64,000 nt of DNA from Felis catus (lineage: Eukaryota), in NCBI RefSeq assembly GCF_018350175.1, contig NC_058368.1, forward strand, positions 193,008,001 to 193,072,000, in the 5' to 3' direction. Of the stretch, positions 43,169 through 59,250 are shown one piece after another. Within the stretch, counting starts at the first letter, position 1. The number at the start of each line of letters is the position of its first letter. The notes beneath the pieces are model-generated. The model worked only from the letters and a program-made list of their open reading frames with translations. It did not search any database and had not been told where the DNA came from. The position numbers and the translations under genes were made by a program.

Positions 43169-45636
43169 TTTCCCTTTCTTTACATACACATGCACCACAT
43201 GCACATACACACGTTGTTATTATTGGTACTATTTTGGGGAATAAATTGCAAACATGATAGCCCTTTACTCATAAATATTTCAATATGTATCTGCTAAGAA
43301 TATGGATATTCCTGTGGGTAACCGTAGTAATTATCATCTGCAGTAAATTTAACATCAATAAGATATTTTTATTTAATCTCTTGTCCACATTCTGGCTTGG
43401 CAATTGGCCCAACAATGTCCCTCATATCCTATTTTTCCCTCTAACGTTGAAGCCAGAACATAATCACGAATTGTATTTAGTTGTCATATACTTTGAGTCT
43501 CTTAATCTGTGGTAGTTCCTCACTTTTCTTTGTCTTTTGTGATGAGAAATACAAACCGCTTTCCCCCGTGTAAAAACGGAGTATTCCTGATTTGGGGTTT
43601 GTCTGATGTTTTCTTATGATTAAAGTCATGTTATGCATTCCCAGGCAAGAGACTTAATAAGCAGTTTTATATCCTCCCTAGACTACACAATGTCCATCTT
43701 CCCCTTAAAATGATGTGTTGTCTGATTTCTCACTGTATGGTTACGAATTTTTTACTGCTAATAAACTTTCTGTGGGTAGACATTTTAAGACCAACAAATA
43801 TCCTGCTGTTCATCATAATGTCCCTCCAGATTTAGCATCTATCCATGATTCTTGCTGCACCAGTGTTTACTGTGATGGTTGCAAAATGATTTCTCTTAAC
43901 CCCAACACTTGCTCCTTATTTATCAGTTGGCTTTTGGCATTCTACTATAGTTAAGAGCTCTTCCTTCTTCTATTTATTTATTATCTATTTGTTATTTAAT
44001 ATCTCATGGAATTCTGTTTTTTCCCTTTGGTTTATAGTTCATTACTGTCCTTAATTATTTTGGGATTCAAATTGACCTACAAACTGACTCTTGTGTGACA
44101 TGCACTTACCATTTTTTGGAGTATTTCCTTATTTTCTGGCATAACAATATTCTGGACTCCTCTTGTACCTTCTGTACTCTAGCCCTGGAATCAACCATTT
44201 CTTCAGGGAGCCATAGCTCCTTTTTAGTATTACAGGCTAAGACGTGGGTGCTGGGTGTGCTCATTGATATTGGGGTATCTTTGCCTCCAGGTCCTGTGGG
44301 CAGAGCTAGGAAATATACTTAAGTACACACACCCCCATATTTGCACATGTGCACACATACATATGTTAGAGATCGTGAATTTATGCTGGTAACTCCAGTT
44401 TCAGTCTGTCCCTACAGGAGTCTTCCTTGCCTTTCCTCATTACAGATTCATATCTCTCATCTTCCACAATAATAACCCTGTCTCCTGACATTAGCACATT
44501 CCCTTATTTTCTCAATTCTATAATGCATCTGAAATAGTTTCATTGCTTTGCCCATGCCTACCTACTATAAAGCCAACCTATGAAAAGAATTTATGATTTA
44601 TTTGCTTTCCCCCTACATTAAATTTTTGAATATATAGAGGCTTATGCTTCTAAAAGTCAAAGCTAAACAATTCCTATCCACTCCCTTTTCCTTTCTAATA
44701 CTAACTTTCTTGTTTTCTGGCATATCCTTCTTGTGTTTCTATTTTTAGATAAGTAGATAGATTTTGAAGATAAGCAGATCTATTTTCTTATATAAAAGTT
44801 AACACACTGTCTATGTTCTTGAGCACTTTGCTTTATTCACTTAACCTTATACATATGTATTTTTATAAATTTATCACAGGTTATTTTTGATTTTTTTTTT
44901 TAATGCGTGTATCTTACTTCCCATCCTAAACCTTAAATTTCTTCAAAGCTGGATCTGTGCTTTATTGGTCCTTAAAATGCCAGATCTACTGTCTCTTTGT
45001 GGTGTTGAGCAAGTTGTTTAACCTCTCTATGCCTTGGTTCCTTTAGCTGTGAGATAGGGTGATGTGGGGTTCTTTTGAGGATTTAATGTGTTAATGCATA
45101 CAAAGGTCTTGCGAAGTCCCTGGCTCATAGTAAATGCTCACCATTGATGGTCCTATCTATAGAAGCTAGCCCAATATATTTAGGTGTTTGATAAATATAC
45201 ATATGTTAAGTAAACTTTATATTGCTAAGTGTTGGAGAAATACTAATGAAAAAGACCTAGTTTCTGTGCTCAAGGAGATCGTAATAATAAATAAACTATT
45301 TTAAAAAGGCAAGTAATCCTTATGTATTTGGTAGTTGTAGTCATTCTCTGCAAGTTGTGTTCACATTGTTTACATTTCCTGTGTTGAGTCATAAGGTATA
45401 GAATAGTTAAGGAGCAGGACCTGATTATTCCCAAGGATTTAATGGGAGGCTGTGTGATGTAGGGGAAAAGCAATGAAGCAGGAGTCTGAGAAAACAGGTC
45501 TGATTCTTACTCTGATGCATGTGATGTGGGCAAATCCCATTTCTTTTCTAGGCCTTTTCTCCCCCCCCCCCCCCCCCCCCCCCAGCTGATGAAAACTAAG
45601 TGGTTGGAGAAGCTAAGCTCAAAGGTATCTTTAAAA

Positions 45637-45840
45637 TTTTTTTTTTTAATGTTTATTTTTGAGAGAGAGATAGAGTGTGAGTGGGGGAGGGTCAGAGAGA
45701 GAGGGAGACACAGAATCTGAAGCAGGCTCCAGGCTCTGAGCTATCAGCACAGAGCCTGATGCAGGGCTTGAACCCATGAACTGTGAGATCATGACCTGAG
45801 CTGAAGTTGGATGCTTAACTGACTGAGCCACCAGGCACCC
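45637..45840 (-). mobile_element. SINEC
   Basis: Reverse body; TSD CTCAAAGGT. Confidence 0.9.
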
Positions 45841-48734
45841 CTCAAAGGTGTCTTTTAATTCCTAAGTCTCCAGGTCTCACCAATGGGAAGTTCCAGACTG
45901 AATTCTGGGTGTGAGGCCTGGGTAGTGTTGCCCAGTTTTCAAAAGGTATGATAAATTACCTTGAGTTGGCACAGTAGTTCATAATGACTTCACTTAGTGT
46001 ATTTATTATAAGAAAGATCATTTTGAGTATGTTTTATGCCTACTAAAATATCTCCTTCAAGTATATTACATTTATGGTATCAGTTTTCTTTTGCATGGCC
46101 TTATGTCTCCCCATTTTTCTTTTTTTAATTTGAGATAAACCAATCCCTGGTTTTTCTCTCATTTTCTCTCTTCAAAGGCTTTGCAGAGAATTTCACATAC
46201 TATGTAGACTGTTAGTCAACTGTTAGGATTCTTTCCAGCTTCATCTCTCACTATTCTCTTCTATAAAAATCTCACCACTCCAGCCTCTTCTCCCATGCTT
46301 CTCCCATATTGGTCTTCATTCTGTTCCTTGAGTACACCCACCTGATTTCCCTCTGCTTACAACTCTTGTCTAAATATTTGCATGGCTGACTCCTTTTAAA
46401 CTTTAGATTCCAACTCAAATATCACTCCTCAGAGACCCCTCCTGGCCACCCAAACCAAGTCTGCCCTCTGCTCATCCAGTCCACACTCTCTGTCTCTACA
46501 TTTTATTTTCTTCACTTGTTTCCTTATTAATTGTCTTTCTGCACTAAAGAAGAGCAGGGCCATGGTTTATATAGGTACTTCCGGCACCTGGACAATGTGT
46601 AGTAAATATTTGTAATGAATGAACTAATTAATAAATGTACCCTCTGCTCTGGTCCTACTAGTTGCTTCACAGTTTTCTCAGCATACTTTGAGTTTTCTGT
46701 TTCCAGTCTTTTACATAGTTAATTCTTATTTATTTATTTATTTATTTTTAATTTAATTTGAGAGGCTAATGTAGTTAAAGATCAGAGCCAAATTATTCCT
46801 GAGGGTTTTTGTGAGAGTTCCTGTGGTAGGAGGAAGAACCTTGAGATGAATGTCTGGGTACATAGGTTCTGCTGTAGCTTATTCATGTTGTAGCCTTGGG
46901 TGTAGCCCCATCTATTGATCCTTAAACCCTCAACCCCAGTGCTATATTTGTAATAAAACCTGTGATTCTCACTTCTTAGCTGGAATGGCTCTCATAGTCT
47001 TCTCTGAATTCGTATTGCCTGGTTACAGCTCTGAACACATTCTGTCTGTATAAAGTTTCTCAAGTGGATGTCTTCATTTAATGACAATAAACCTTTTCTT
47101 AGAAGTCGGGACAGTCTCAGTGGCAAATGACAGAAACTCAAGTCAGACTGGCTTAAGAACAAAGGGTCACTCATTAGCTCAAGAACTAGAAAATCAAGAG
47201 CTTCAGGCATGGCTCTCTATCTAGGAACCCCACCTACTACCCCCAACCCAATCCCCACACCAATCTCTTGACTCTGCTTTCCTCTGTTACAGCTTTATTC
47301 ATAGAGAATCTTTTCCACATGGTGGTAGGATGACTACTGGCAACATCAGGGTGACTTTTTTCCAGTTGAGTAACTCTAGCAGGAGGAGGGCCTCCCTTCC
47401 CTAGTAGTTTCATCAGATGTCCTGATGCTGATGCCCATTGATCTGGGTTGGGTCACTTTTTGAAACATCATGAAGTAATCCCTGTATGGAAGGGGGATTA
47501 ACATTCTAGTAACTAAATCTGAATTGTTTGCCAACCCTTGGAGCCAGAGGATGGAAGCAACCCTACCCAAACCTCATGAACTAAGAAAAATCTAGAACCC
47601 ACTACCAAAAGAAAAGAGATAGGGATGCTGGCTAGGTAAAAACAGTAGCTGCCCTCCATAGCATGCCAGGCACTGGGTGTGCAAATCCAAACAAGACAGT
47701 CTGTAGCTATCCTATGGTAATGTTGTTCATGTATAGGAGATAGACACATTTAATTTCAGTGTCTTTGGTAAGTACTAAGTTGAAGGGGTGCTCAGGGGAC
47801 CATGGACATACAGGGAAGGGTTGTTTACATGCCTTGTTTCCTGGAAGGTCTTTGAAAGTTACTTGGAAGAGACAATGTCTAGGTAGATGATTGAAAGAAA
47901 ACTAAGAGCTGCCTTTATTTAGAAAAAAGAAAAGGGCGGGGAAGGGCATTGTAGCCTAAGGGAATAGCATGAATGAAGAACAGGCATTTATAGGCCATTA
48001 CTATCAGATCTTAAAGTGGAAAGTGGTAAGAGATGAGGCTGGAGAAGTAGGTAGGGACTAGGTCATGGGTACTTCTTCAGTCATGTAAAAGACCATCATC
48101 TGGTTGAAGGGGAGCCATTGAAGGGAAGAGGAATGATCAGCCTACAAAATATCTTGATATGTATGTCCAGCAGGCAGTTGGAATACATTGTTTTCAGGAG
48201 AGGTGAGTGCTGGAAATAAGGATTTAGGAGCCAGCAGCAGGTAGGGAATACTTAAAATTACAGAGACAGGATGGGTTGAGGGAAGAGGGAGTGTGGTGAG
48301 GCTAGTAGAGAGCCAGGCTAGAACCGCAGGTAATGCTGGTGTTTAAAAGGCTGAAAAAGGAGTATCAATACATACAGAAGCCTGAGGAGGAATGCCCATA
48401 AGGGTGGGGGGAGAACTGGAAAAAGGCAGTATTTTGGAAGTCAAAGAAAACTAAAAACAACTCAAAGGCCCATCATCAGAGAATGGTAAGTTATGGTATA
48501 TGTATAAAATGAGCTACTACATAGCAAGAAATAAGAATGAGCTACTGATATTTGCAACAACATGGATAAACCTAACAGACACTATATTGGGCATAAGAAG
48601 CCAGATACAAATTAGAATGGACTTAAAGTTTCATTTGTGTGCATTTTAAAGGCAGGTAAAATTAATTGAGACAGTGAGACAGAAGACTGGGTTACCTTTG
48701 GGCAAGGGAAGGGTGACTTGGTTTGAGCAGTATT

Positions 48735-49367
48735 TTTTTTTTTTATTTTATTTTTTAAATTTACATCCAAATTACTTAGCATATAGTGCAACAATGATTT
48801 CAGGATATTTCTTAGTGCCCCTTACCCATTTAGCCCATCCCCCCTCCCACCACCCCTCCAGCAACCCTCTGTTTGTTCTCCATATTTATGAGTCTCTTAT
48901 GCTTTGTCTCCCTCACTGTTTTTATATTCTTTTTTGTTTCACTTATGTTCATCTGTTTTGTCTCTTAAAGTCCTAATATGAGTGAAGTCATATGATTTTT
49001 GTCTTTCTCTGACTAATTTCACGTAGCATCATACCCTCCAGTTCCATCCACGTAGTTGCAAATGGCAAGATTTCATTCTTTTTGACTGCTGAGTAATGCT
49101 CCATTGTATATATATATATATATCCCACATCTTCTTTATCCATTCATCCATCAATGGACATTTGGGCTCTTTCCATACTTGGGCTATTGTTGATAGTGCT
49201 GCTATAAACATGGGGGTGCACATGTCCCTTCGAAACAGCACACCTGTATCCCGTGGATAAATGCCTAGTAGTGCAATTGCTGGGTGGTGGTAGGGTAGTT
49301 CTACTTTTAGTTTTCTGAAGAACCTTCATACTGTTTTCCAGAGTGGGTGCACCAGCTTGCGTTCCCA
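48735..49367 (-). mobile_element. 5'-truncated carnivore/felid L1 nested in an older L1M end (about 48460-49540)
   Basis: Minus ORF CTPMFIAALSTIAQVWKEPKCP..DEWIKKMW is the L1 ORF2 C-terminus; perfect 15-bp TSD GGTTTGAGCAGTATT (48720-48734 and 49368-49382). Confidence 0.93.
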
Positions 49368-49765
49368 GGTTTGAGCAGTATTGACTAGGAAGGGGCTGGG
49401 GGGTACCCTTATACTGATGGGAATGTTCTGTATCTTGATCTGGGTCACAGTTACAAAGGCATATAGATGTGTAAACATTTCTTGAGTTGTGCTCTGAAGA
49501 TTTGTGCACTTTATGTAAGTTATGCCTTAGTTTTAAAAAAGGCAGAAGGGTTAGAGAAGCTCAAGAAGGGGAGTGAGTGGATGGCAGTGTTAAGTGTTGT
49601 AAAGAGAAGTGGTAAGGTAAGTAGATGGATGTATGGTAAGTGTGTGTTCGGGTGAGACTGACTTACATGATGCTAACGTGTTCCTGGTAGGTGTACAATA
49701 TGTATGATAACCTTTTGGTGAGCTGAATTGAATTGTTGATGGGCAGTAATCTTCTTCTTATTTAG

Positions 49766-50143
<378 letters not shown>

Positions 50144-50267
50144 TAAATCTTTTGGCTCAAACTTAGTTACGTGGACACACCCGACTTTAGGGGAGCTTCT
50201 GTTTCTGCAGTTATGAGCCCAGCTGGAAAATGACATCACTACTGTGGTAGAAGAGGAGGTGTATTGA

Positions 50268-50534
<267 letters not shown>

Positions 50535-51964
50535 TAAGTGTAAAGAGTATCCCTGTAAATGATGCACATTGGTTCAAGAGTTTTCTCAGCCTCTTTTTAC
50601 TCTCAGCCTCAGAGTTTTAAGAAACTTTCCTCTCAAGAAGATGCCATTCACATTGTACCATTCACATGTTAGAGGTTTGTTCATTTTGGGTTTTAGTTAT
50701 TAAGTAGTCAGAAGTGTTGTTTCTTTTCGTGGAGCCATAAGTCTACATTATAAATTTTTTTATTAACCGCCTGGTTGTTTTATTCTTTTTTATTAATTGG
50801 TAATCTGAAAACTAGTTCTCAGGTAATTGGTTTTAATAAAAGTAGAATTTTACATAAGTAAAAATAGAGAGTAGTTCTAAGAACCTTAGTTCTTAATAAT
50901 GGTGATATTTGTTAATGAGTGCTAATTTTGTGCCAGGTACCATGCTAAGGGACTTACATGTATCACTTCTAATTTTTACAACTCTAAAGGTAAATGATTA
51001 GTCCAGCTTTAAAAAAATGAGGAAACACAGACTCAAGAGAAATGTGATAATCTGCCCAGGTTGTGCAGACGGGGATTTAATCCCACGTCAGGCTAAGTCC
51101 CCAAACCCCCTTTCCCTCCATCTTGCATATTATAAAGTAGATAGTCATAAGAGACAAAAAAAAGACCTACTGCTTTCTGCTTTCTAAATAAATCTAATTA
51201 ATGAGAATGTAATTGGGAAAAATTGTGTGGGAGTGTCTAATGTGTTAGGGTTGGGAGGGGCCCTTGATGTTTTCCAGACCTCCTCTTTACCTGCAACTTC
51301 ACCACCCCTCCACAACATCCCACAGAGGGGGCTGGTTTTGTCTTCACCATCCTTAGGATGAGGGACTCAACCCCAAAGTAGCCCGTTCTTTGGAAAAGTG
51401 GCTCTTTCCACTTTCCATTTATACATCTGTGTTTATATGTATACATATGCATATATATGTACCTGTACAGTAGGGGGGTGTGTGTGTATATGTATAAGCA
51501 TACACATATATATAGTTTCCCTGTTAATTATCAAGTGAGTTAGAATCCATGGAAACTGGGCTTTTGCTTGTGTACTGATATATCCTCAGTGCTTAGAATA
51601 GTACCTGGTACACAGAAGACTTCCAGTAAATATCTGTTGAATGTATGAATACATACTTACTTTACCTACGTTTGTAAATGGAATGTAGGATTTTTAAGTA
51701 CTGTCTTATCTCCTGAAAGTGTACTTTAGTTATTTCCTTTAACTTGGAAGTCTGGTACTTTCTAGAGGATTTTGCAGTAAAATGTTTTTCCAGGGACTGA
51801 ACCTCCTCTTCCTGTAGCATGAATGTCTGCTCACATGGGTCCGCAGATGCATTAGGTAGTTGATGAAGACATATTTACTCCCTTAAAAAAAAAAAAAAAA
51901 GCTTTCTCCTTTCACATTTACTACCAAGAGTGATTTGTTTTCTTCCGACAGTTGTTAAATATAG

Positions 51965-53730
<1,766 letters not shown>

Positions 53731-54094
53731 AACTGATTTTTACACCTTATTTTTGTGTTCTTTTTATGGAGTCTGCAGTATATTTTATGCTGCCCTCTGA
53801 GACCTGTGCTGGAAATTTAGACCTTGATAAAATAAAAACTGCACAGTGACTACTGGTTTTAAGGAGCAGCGCCGTACTTAGACTATGGTAGTCCTCATAT
53901 TCTGCGGTTGCCAGCCAGGAGCAGAGTTGTAATTAAAACAGCTAAAGTTCTTTTTTTTTTTTTCTTTCTTAGAGGAATTGTAAAAATGTACGTAAGGTGT
54001 GTAAACTATGGAACATGATTCAGAAATCAGTAATCATGAATTAGGATAGAATCAAGGGCATTTTAAATGAGCAGATAAAAAATCACTTTGTAGT

Positions 54095-54450
54095 AAAACC
54101 AAGTTCATAGATACAGAGAACAGGTTGGTGGTTGCCAGAGGTGGGGGAGTTGAGGATGGCTGAAATGGGTGTAGGGGATTTAAAGGTATAAATTTCCAGT
54201 TACAAATAAGTCATGGGGATGTAATGTACAGCATAGTGACTGGTTAATAATTTTGTATTGCATATTTGAAAGTTGCTAAGAGAATAGATCTTAAAACTTG
54301 TCTTCACAAAAAATTTTTGTAACTGTATGGCGACAAATGCTAATTAGGCTTATTGTGGTGATCGTTTTGTAATATATGTAGATATCAAATCATCTTGTAC
54401 ACCTGAAACTCATATGGTATTGTATGCCACTTATACCTCAATTTAAAAAA
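54095..54450 (+). mobile_element. L1MA-like 3' end
   Basis: GGTGGTTGCCAGAGG...TGTAATGTACAGCAT...TGTACACCTGAAAC...ATACCTCAAT plus A tail. Confidence 0.75.
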
Positions 54451-54987
54451 ATCCCTTAGTAGTAAGTATTTAAGGGTCAATGTGGCAGCAATTTCTGGGC
54501 CCTTAAACTTATTTTAGTTAAGAACATAGCCCAAATTAATTTTTCTTAGTTTATGAGTTTAGATTATTCCTGTAAGGGATAATCCTGGGATTATCTCTTT
54601 TCCCCTTAATATTGCCTTTAATAGAGCTTCTGGGATTCTTGAAGTTAATCGTGGGAGCTGGCCAAATCTTTCCATGTGTTTCATAAAGATACTTTAACCC
54701 AGCAAGTCAAATATAAGGTGCTAGCACATGCGAATATTAAATTTGCATTAGTTATTTCCATGTTTTACAGACGCCCATCTTAAAAACCATTGAGTATTTT
54801 GAGCGCATGTTACATATGCATATCTGCATATTTTGTTTTAAATTTGTTCTAAAGTTTTCTGGTCACATGTTTCATCATTTCTACCCTTTCTTCCAAAATG
54901 AAGATACTTTTTAAAGTCAATAAAAAACTACAAAGGAGTAAACTCTCAATTGGATGGCACGGGAAGATATAAAGGAAATTAAAAAAA

Positions 54988-55413
54988 ATTTTTTTTCTAA
55001 TGTTTATTTATTTTTGAGAGAGAGAAAGAGACAGAGCACGACTGGGAGAGGGGCAGAGAGAGAGGGAGACACAGAATCTGAAGCGGGCTCCAGGCTCTGA
55101 GCTGTCAGCCCAGAGTCGGATGTGGGGCTCGAATTCATGAACCGTAAGAGATCATGACATGAGCTGAAGTCGGATGCTTAACTGACTGAGCCATCCAGGA
55201 GCTCCTTTAATTTTTTTTAATGCTATCTTATTTTTGAAAGAGAGACAGTGCATGAGTGCAGGAGGGGCACAGAGAGAGGGAGACACACGATCTGAAGCAG
55301 GCTCCAGGCTCTGAGCTGTCATTGCAGAGCACCATGCGGGGTTTCAACCCACAGACTGTGAGATCGTGACCTGAGTCGAATTTGGACACTTAACTGAGCC
55401 ACCCAGGTGTCCC
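54988..55413 (-). mobile_element. Two tandem reverse SINECs
   Basis: Bodies at about 54988-55205 and 55210-55413, each with T tail and GA tract. Confidence 0.9.
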
Positions 55414-55609
55414 TAAAGAAGGACATTTAAAGCACTTTTAGAGATGATATTTTGCTCTTTCTCAGTCCAGACATTTTCTATACTTATGTTATGGGTGTGT
55501 ATGTATATGTGTGTGTGTGATTTTCAAAGTGGGATCACAGTCTGCCTACTGTATATATATATATCTTTTAATTTGCTGTGCTCACTTAATACTGTATTCT
55601 TTATTCTAG

Positions 55610-55663
55610 GTCCAAGAAAAGGCAGACATCCTTAATCCCCTAATCACTGCTGTATTTCTAGAG
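55610..55663 (+). CDS. FAM114A2: FAM114A2 coding exon 12
   Basis: tctag|VQEKADILNPLITAVFLE|gttagt; 54 nt. Confidence 0.93.
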
Positions 55664-57485
55664 GTTAGTAGTAATTATGTGTAAGTCTCTAACTTTTAGG
55701 GCATTATGTATTATTAATCCACTCTTCTTAAGTCTTTATTTTTTGGCATTTTTGTTTTTTTCACCAGATTGGTAGTTTAGCCATGTTGATACAGATACGA
55801 CCAAAATGGTGTTGATACAGATAGGACCAAATGCCTATCCCTGTTCATTATTTACAAAGCATAAAGATGAAGCTGCTGTGTAAAGTTCAAGGAAGCAGTA
55901 GCCTGTCATTATTTAGTTTATCCATTGGCAGTTGATGGACAATCCTTAGTAACAAAACACCTTCTCTGGACCAGTGGGGTAAACTTGAAGGGCTGAAAAT
56001 TACAAACAGGCAAACACTGCTTCTCAAAGGACTAACATTTATACAGGGGAGATTTGTTACAAAACAAAACATTTTGTTGTGTCGTTTCCTTGCCAAGAAA
56101 TTTGCCTTGTTTTGTCAAAGGTACCTGTGTTCACATAATCCTCATCAGTCTATTCGATTTAAGGAGGTGGGTGGTTTAAGTCCCCTGGGAAGGGGTTTGT
56201 CAGAAGATCACATGATCGATTATTGCCTGCTTGTGTGACACTTTCTGTATTCCATGTGTTAAAAACTCTATTTTGTAAATGGTGCCAACAATTTAGACAT
56301 TTGATGATCTGTTTAAAATGTATTTATGTAAGTTGGGGGAGATAATTGGTTAGGTTTTAATCATGTATTGAAAATAATTTTTAACTACTAGACTGTTACT
56401 TCTTTAGTTTTAAATTCTTTTAAAATTATCACTCAGGAAATGCTTTTTAATTCCTTAACTACACAGTTTTTCTTGAATATCAGAGTAATTATTCTGCTCA
56501 CTTAGTTGTTTTTTTTTTTTTAAAGTTTGTGATTTAGTAGATGGGAGAGTGGTATAGGTGAGAAGTTTGCAAACCAGGAGTCCGGTCCAGGATCTTTCCT
56601 GATTTGCTGTATGACCTTGGACCAGGCATTTACCTTCTTGACAGTCTTCTTATCTTTATGTGCATTGTAAGAGATTTAACTAGATGATCTCTGGGGTCTA
56701 TTTTGGTTGGAAAATTTGGCAGCAAATGTCACATTAAAGTTTAAATAGGAGTACATGCTATTGATAAATCCAAAAAAGGTAAACTCATTTGATGGGTGTT
56801 CCTTATTGCTATTTGGACTTGATTGTTCTTGTTTACACATTTGAAACACTCTTGTCCTTGAAATTATGAGTCTTAATGTGATGAAGTCTCTATTATTCTG
56901 GAAGATCAGAACTTGTCAGATACAAATGAAGTCTGGCAAACTCTGAGCATGGTGATTCTGTAATGCTTCTCATAAATATGTCTCTTGTACCAGACGGAAA
57001 TATATCTACACTGTATCATCTTTAAAAGCAGTTTCAAACTGAACAAATAGGAACATTTTGTTCCTATTTGTAGTACCTATCTTGTATTCATTAATTGTGT
57101 TGAGTCCACGAAAGAAGAGCTGTCATAATGGACTGGAAATCTGATTGGTGTAATATTCAAAGCCTTGTAAAATCCACTGAGGGATTGACTAAAATGCTGT
57201 GACAGAATCTGCCCAGTTAGTAAAGGAATAAATAAGCTTCAAATGCCGAATTGAGCAGGATGTCAAAAAACAGCTACCATTTCTGATGGACAAGTTGGAC
57301 AGAAATGCTAACATTGTTCTTTGGTACTGTCATATCCTAAGACCTAGATCGTTCTTTCTTCTGTGGCTTTTATTAGCGTGGTTAGTTTGTGCTTTTATTT
57401 GCCAGGCTACACATTCACTTAAATTGTAAAAGTGAATCTGTTTTCTTGTTGTCTTTTGGTATATTTTCCCTTTTAAGCGACCGTG

Positions 57486-57534
57486 CTATCTATCTATCTA
57501 TCTATCTATCTATTTATTTATTTATTTATCTATC
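57486..57534. repeat. Compound (CTAT)n(TTAT)n microsatellite
   Basis: Directly visible, 11 nt upstream of the FAM114A2 last exon. Confidence 0.95.
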
Positions 57535-57542
57535 AATCTTGA

Positions 57543-57647
<105 letters not shown>

Positions 57648-59250
57648 GCTGCAGGCTCAGGACCTTCCTCAGAACGTTGAAGAACAGAGAAGACTCAACC
57701 CAAAACTTGTAATGGCCAAGAGTGCCACTCTCTCTTGGGTACCCCTGAAAAAGTGAAGGAGAAAGGATTATTTTTAGTGTATAGGATTTAGGCAGGAGAG
57801 CAGGTATTCAAAGGTTTGCTGCCTTCCCTGCTTGGCTGAAGTATTCAGGTCTTCACACTGCTCTTCCGAGCTGTTACAATTATTAAATTATTTGAAAAGA
57901 AACTTTTATAGAAAGTTCAAGAATGATAGCTCTAGATAAAGGTTAATGGAATATTCAGGCAAAAATATTGGTCTTTCTTGGACATGATGCGAAACACTAA
58001 TAGTTTTGTCATGGTTATATATGATTTTGCAGCCCACGGATATAATTGGTTTGAAGAAAGAGAAAGAACAATTTAGTATTCTAGAATTCATGTGCTCGAT
58101 CTATTAATGCCATGTCCTTTCTCCTTTCTATAATAAAATCTGTGGCTTTGAGAAAACGGTATATAGAAACTGTAATGATCACCTTTAATTGCCTAAATTC
58201 TTGGAATTCATTAGGAAGTTTCACGTGCTCTTGAATTCTCAGTAGGTATTTGGTACTGAGGAAATGTACTTGAAGCCACATGAATTAACTACAGCAAAGT
58301 GCCCTTTGGCTTCAAATTGTTCTCCTACCCTGAGGTGACAGGCTTCAGTTATAATTGAGCCCCACTTGCCTGGGTTCCAGACCAATAAGTGCACCTTAGA
58401 GAAACAGTTTCGTGTTTGCAGGGATCAGTATTCTGAGTCCCTCCAGGATGTTTCTCACGCACACGTTATGTGCAGGAGAAATTCTGTAATGCCAGCTCCA
58501 AAGGAGTATGGAAGTTCTTTCAGTAATGGGGTTTTCATCATTTGAACATTGCTGAAGGGGACTATACAGTCCCATAGAGATGATGTTCATTTATAACAGG
58601 ATTTAACCTGTATGACACAATTTGGTTTTCTTTAATCTGTTTTGTTTTGTTTTAATGTATTCCTTAGCATGTTTATAAATACAGCTTTTATCCTTCAGAT
58701 CTTAAGCCTTCTTTTGCTCTCTTCGACAATGTAAGAGGCTAATACGGTGTTATCTTTCTAAAAGTTATTTGGTGTCCACTCTTTTTAAAAAAGAAGTCTC
58801 CAGCTTTGTGGTTGGAGGTAACTTTTCTGAGTGCTACTGCTCATCTTCTAAAACCTTTAAATAAAATAATTGTATTGGTCAGTCATTTCACTTTTCCATA
58901 CATGAGTCCCAGTATCTTTTTCAAACCAAAGAAATAGCAAAGCAAAGCTCTTATTAGTGCTTGATCTAATTAGAGTTGACTGATCTCAACACTGTTTCTA
59001 TATAATCGCCATATTTGGGGGTAGGGGGCAGGTTGTAAGTGAGGAGAAAATAGGCTTGAGCTAAAAAGTTACACCAACAGCACTAAGATTTTACTGTGCT
59101 TATATTCTGTTCTAATATGATCAGAAAAGTTTTTGAACATTCCTTTTTTAGATAAATTTCACCCTTCCCAAATGTAATGCTGAAATTTCAGAAAAACAAA
59201 ACAAAAAACAGTTGCCTGCGGCTAATAAAGCTGGTGTTCCCAGTCCTGGT
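57648..59250 (+). other. FAM114A2: Probable FAM114A2 3' UTR with candidate polyA signals
   Basis: AATAAA at 58132-58137, 58860-58865 and 59224-59229; the true end cannot be determined from sequence. Confidence 0.45.

Noticed and set aside
49029..49509. ORFs resembling the L1 ORF2 C-terminus
   Set aside because: Fragment of a 5'-truncated L1; not an autonomous element or host gene.
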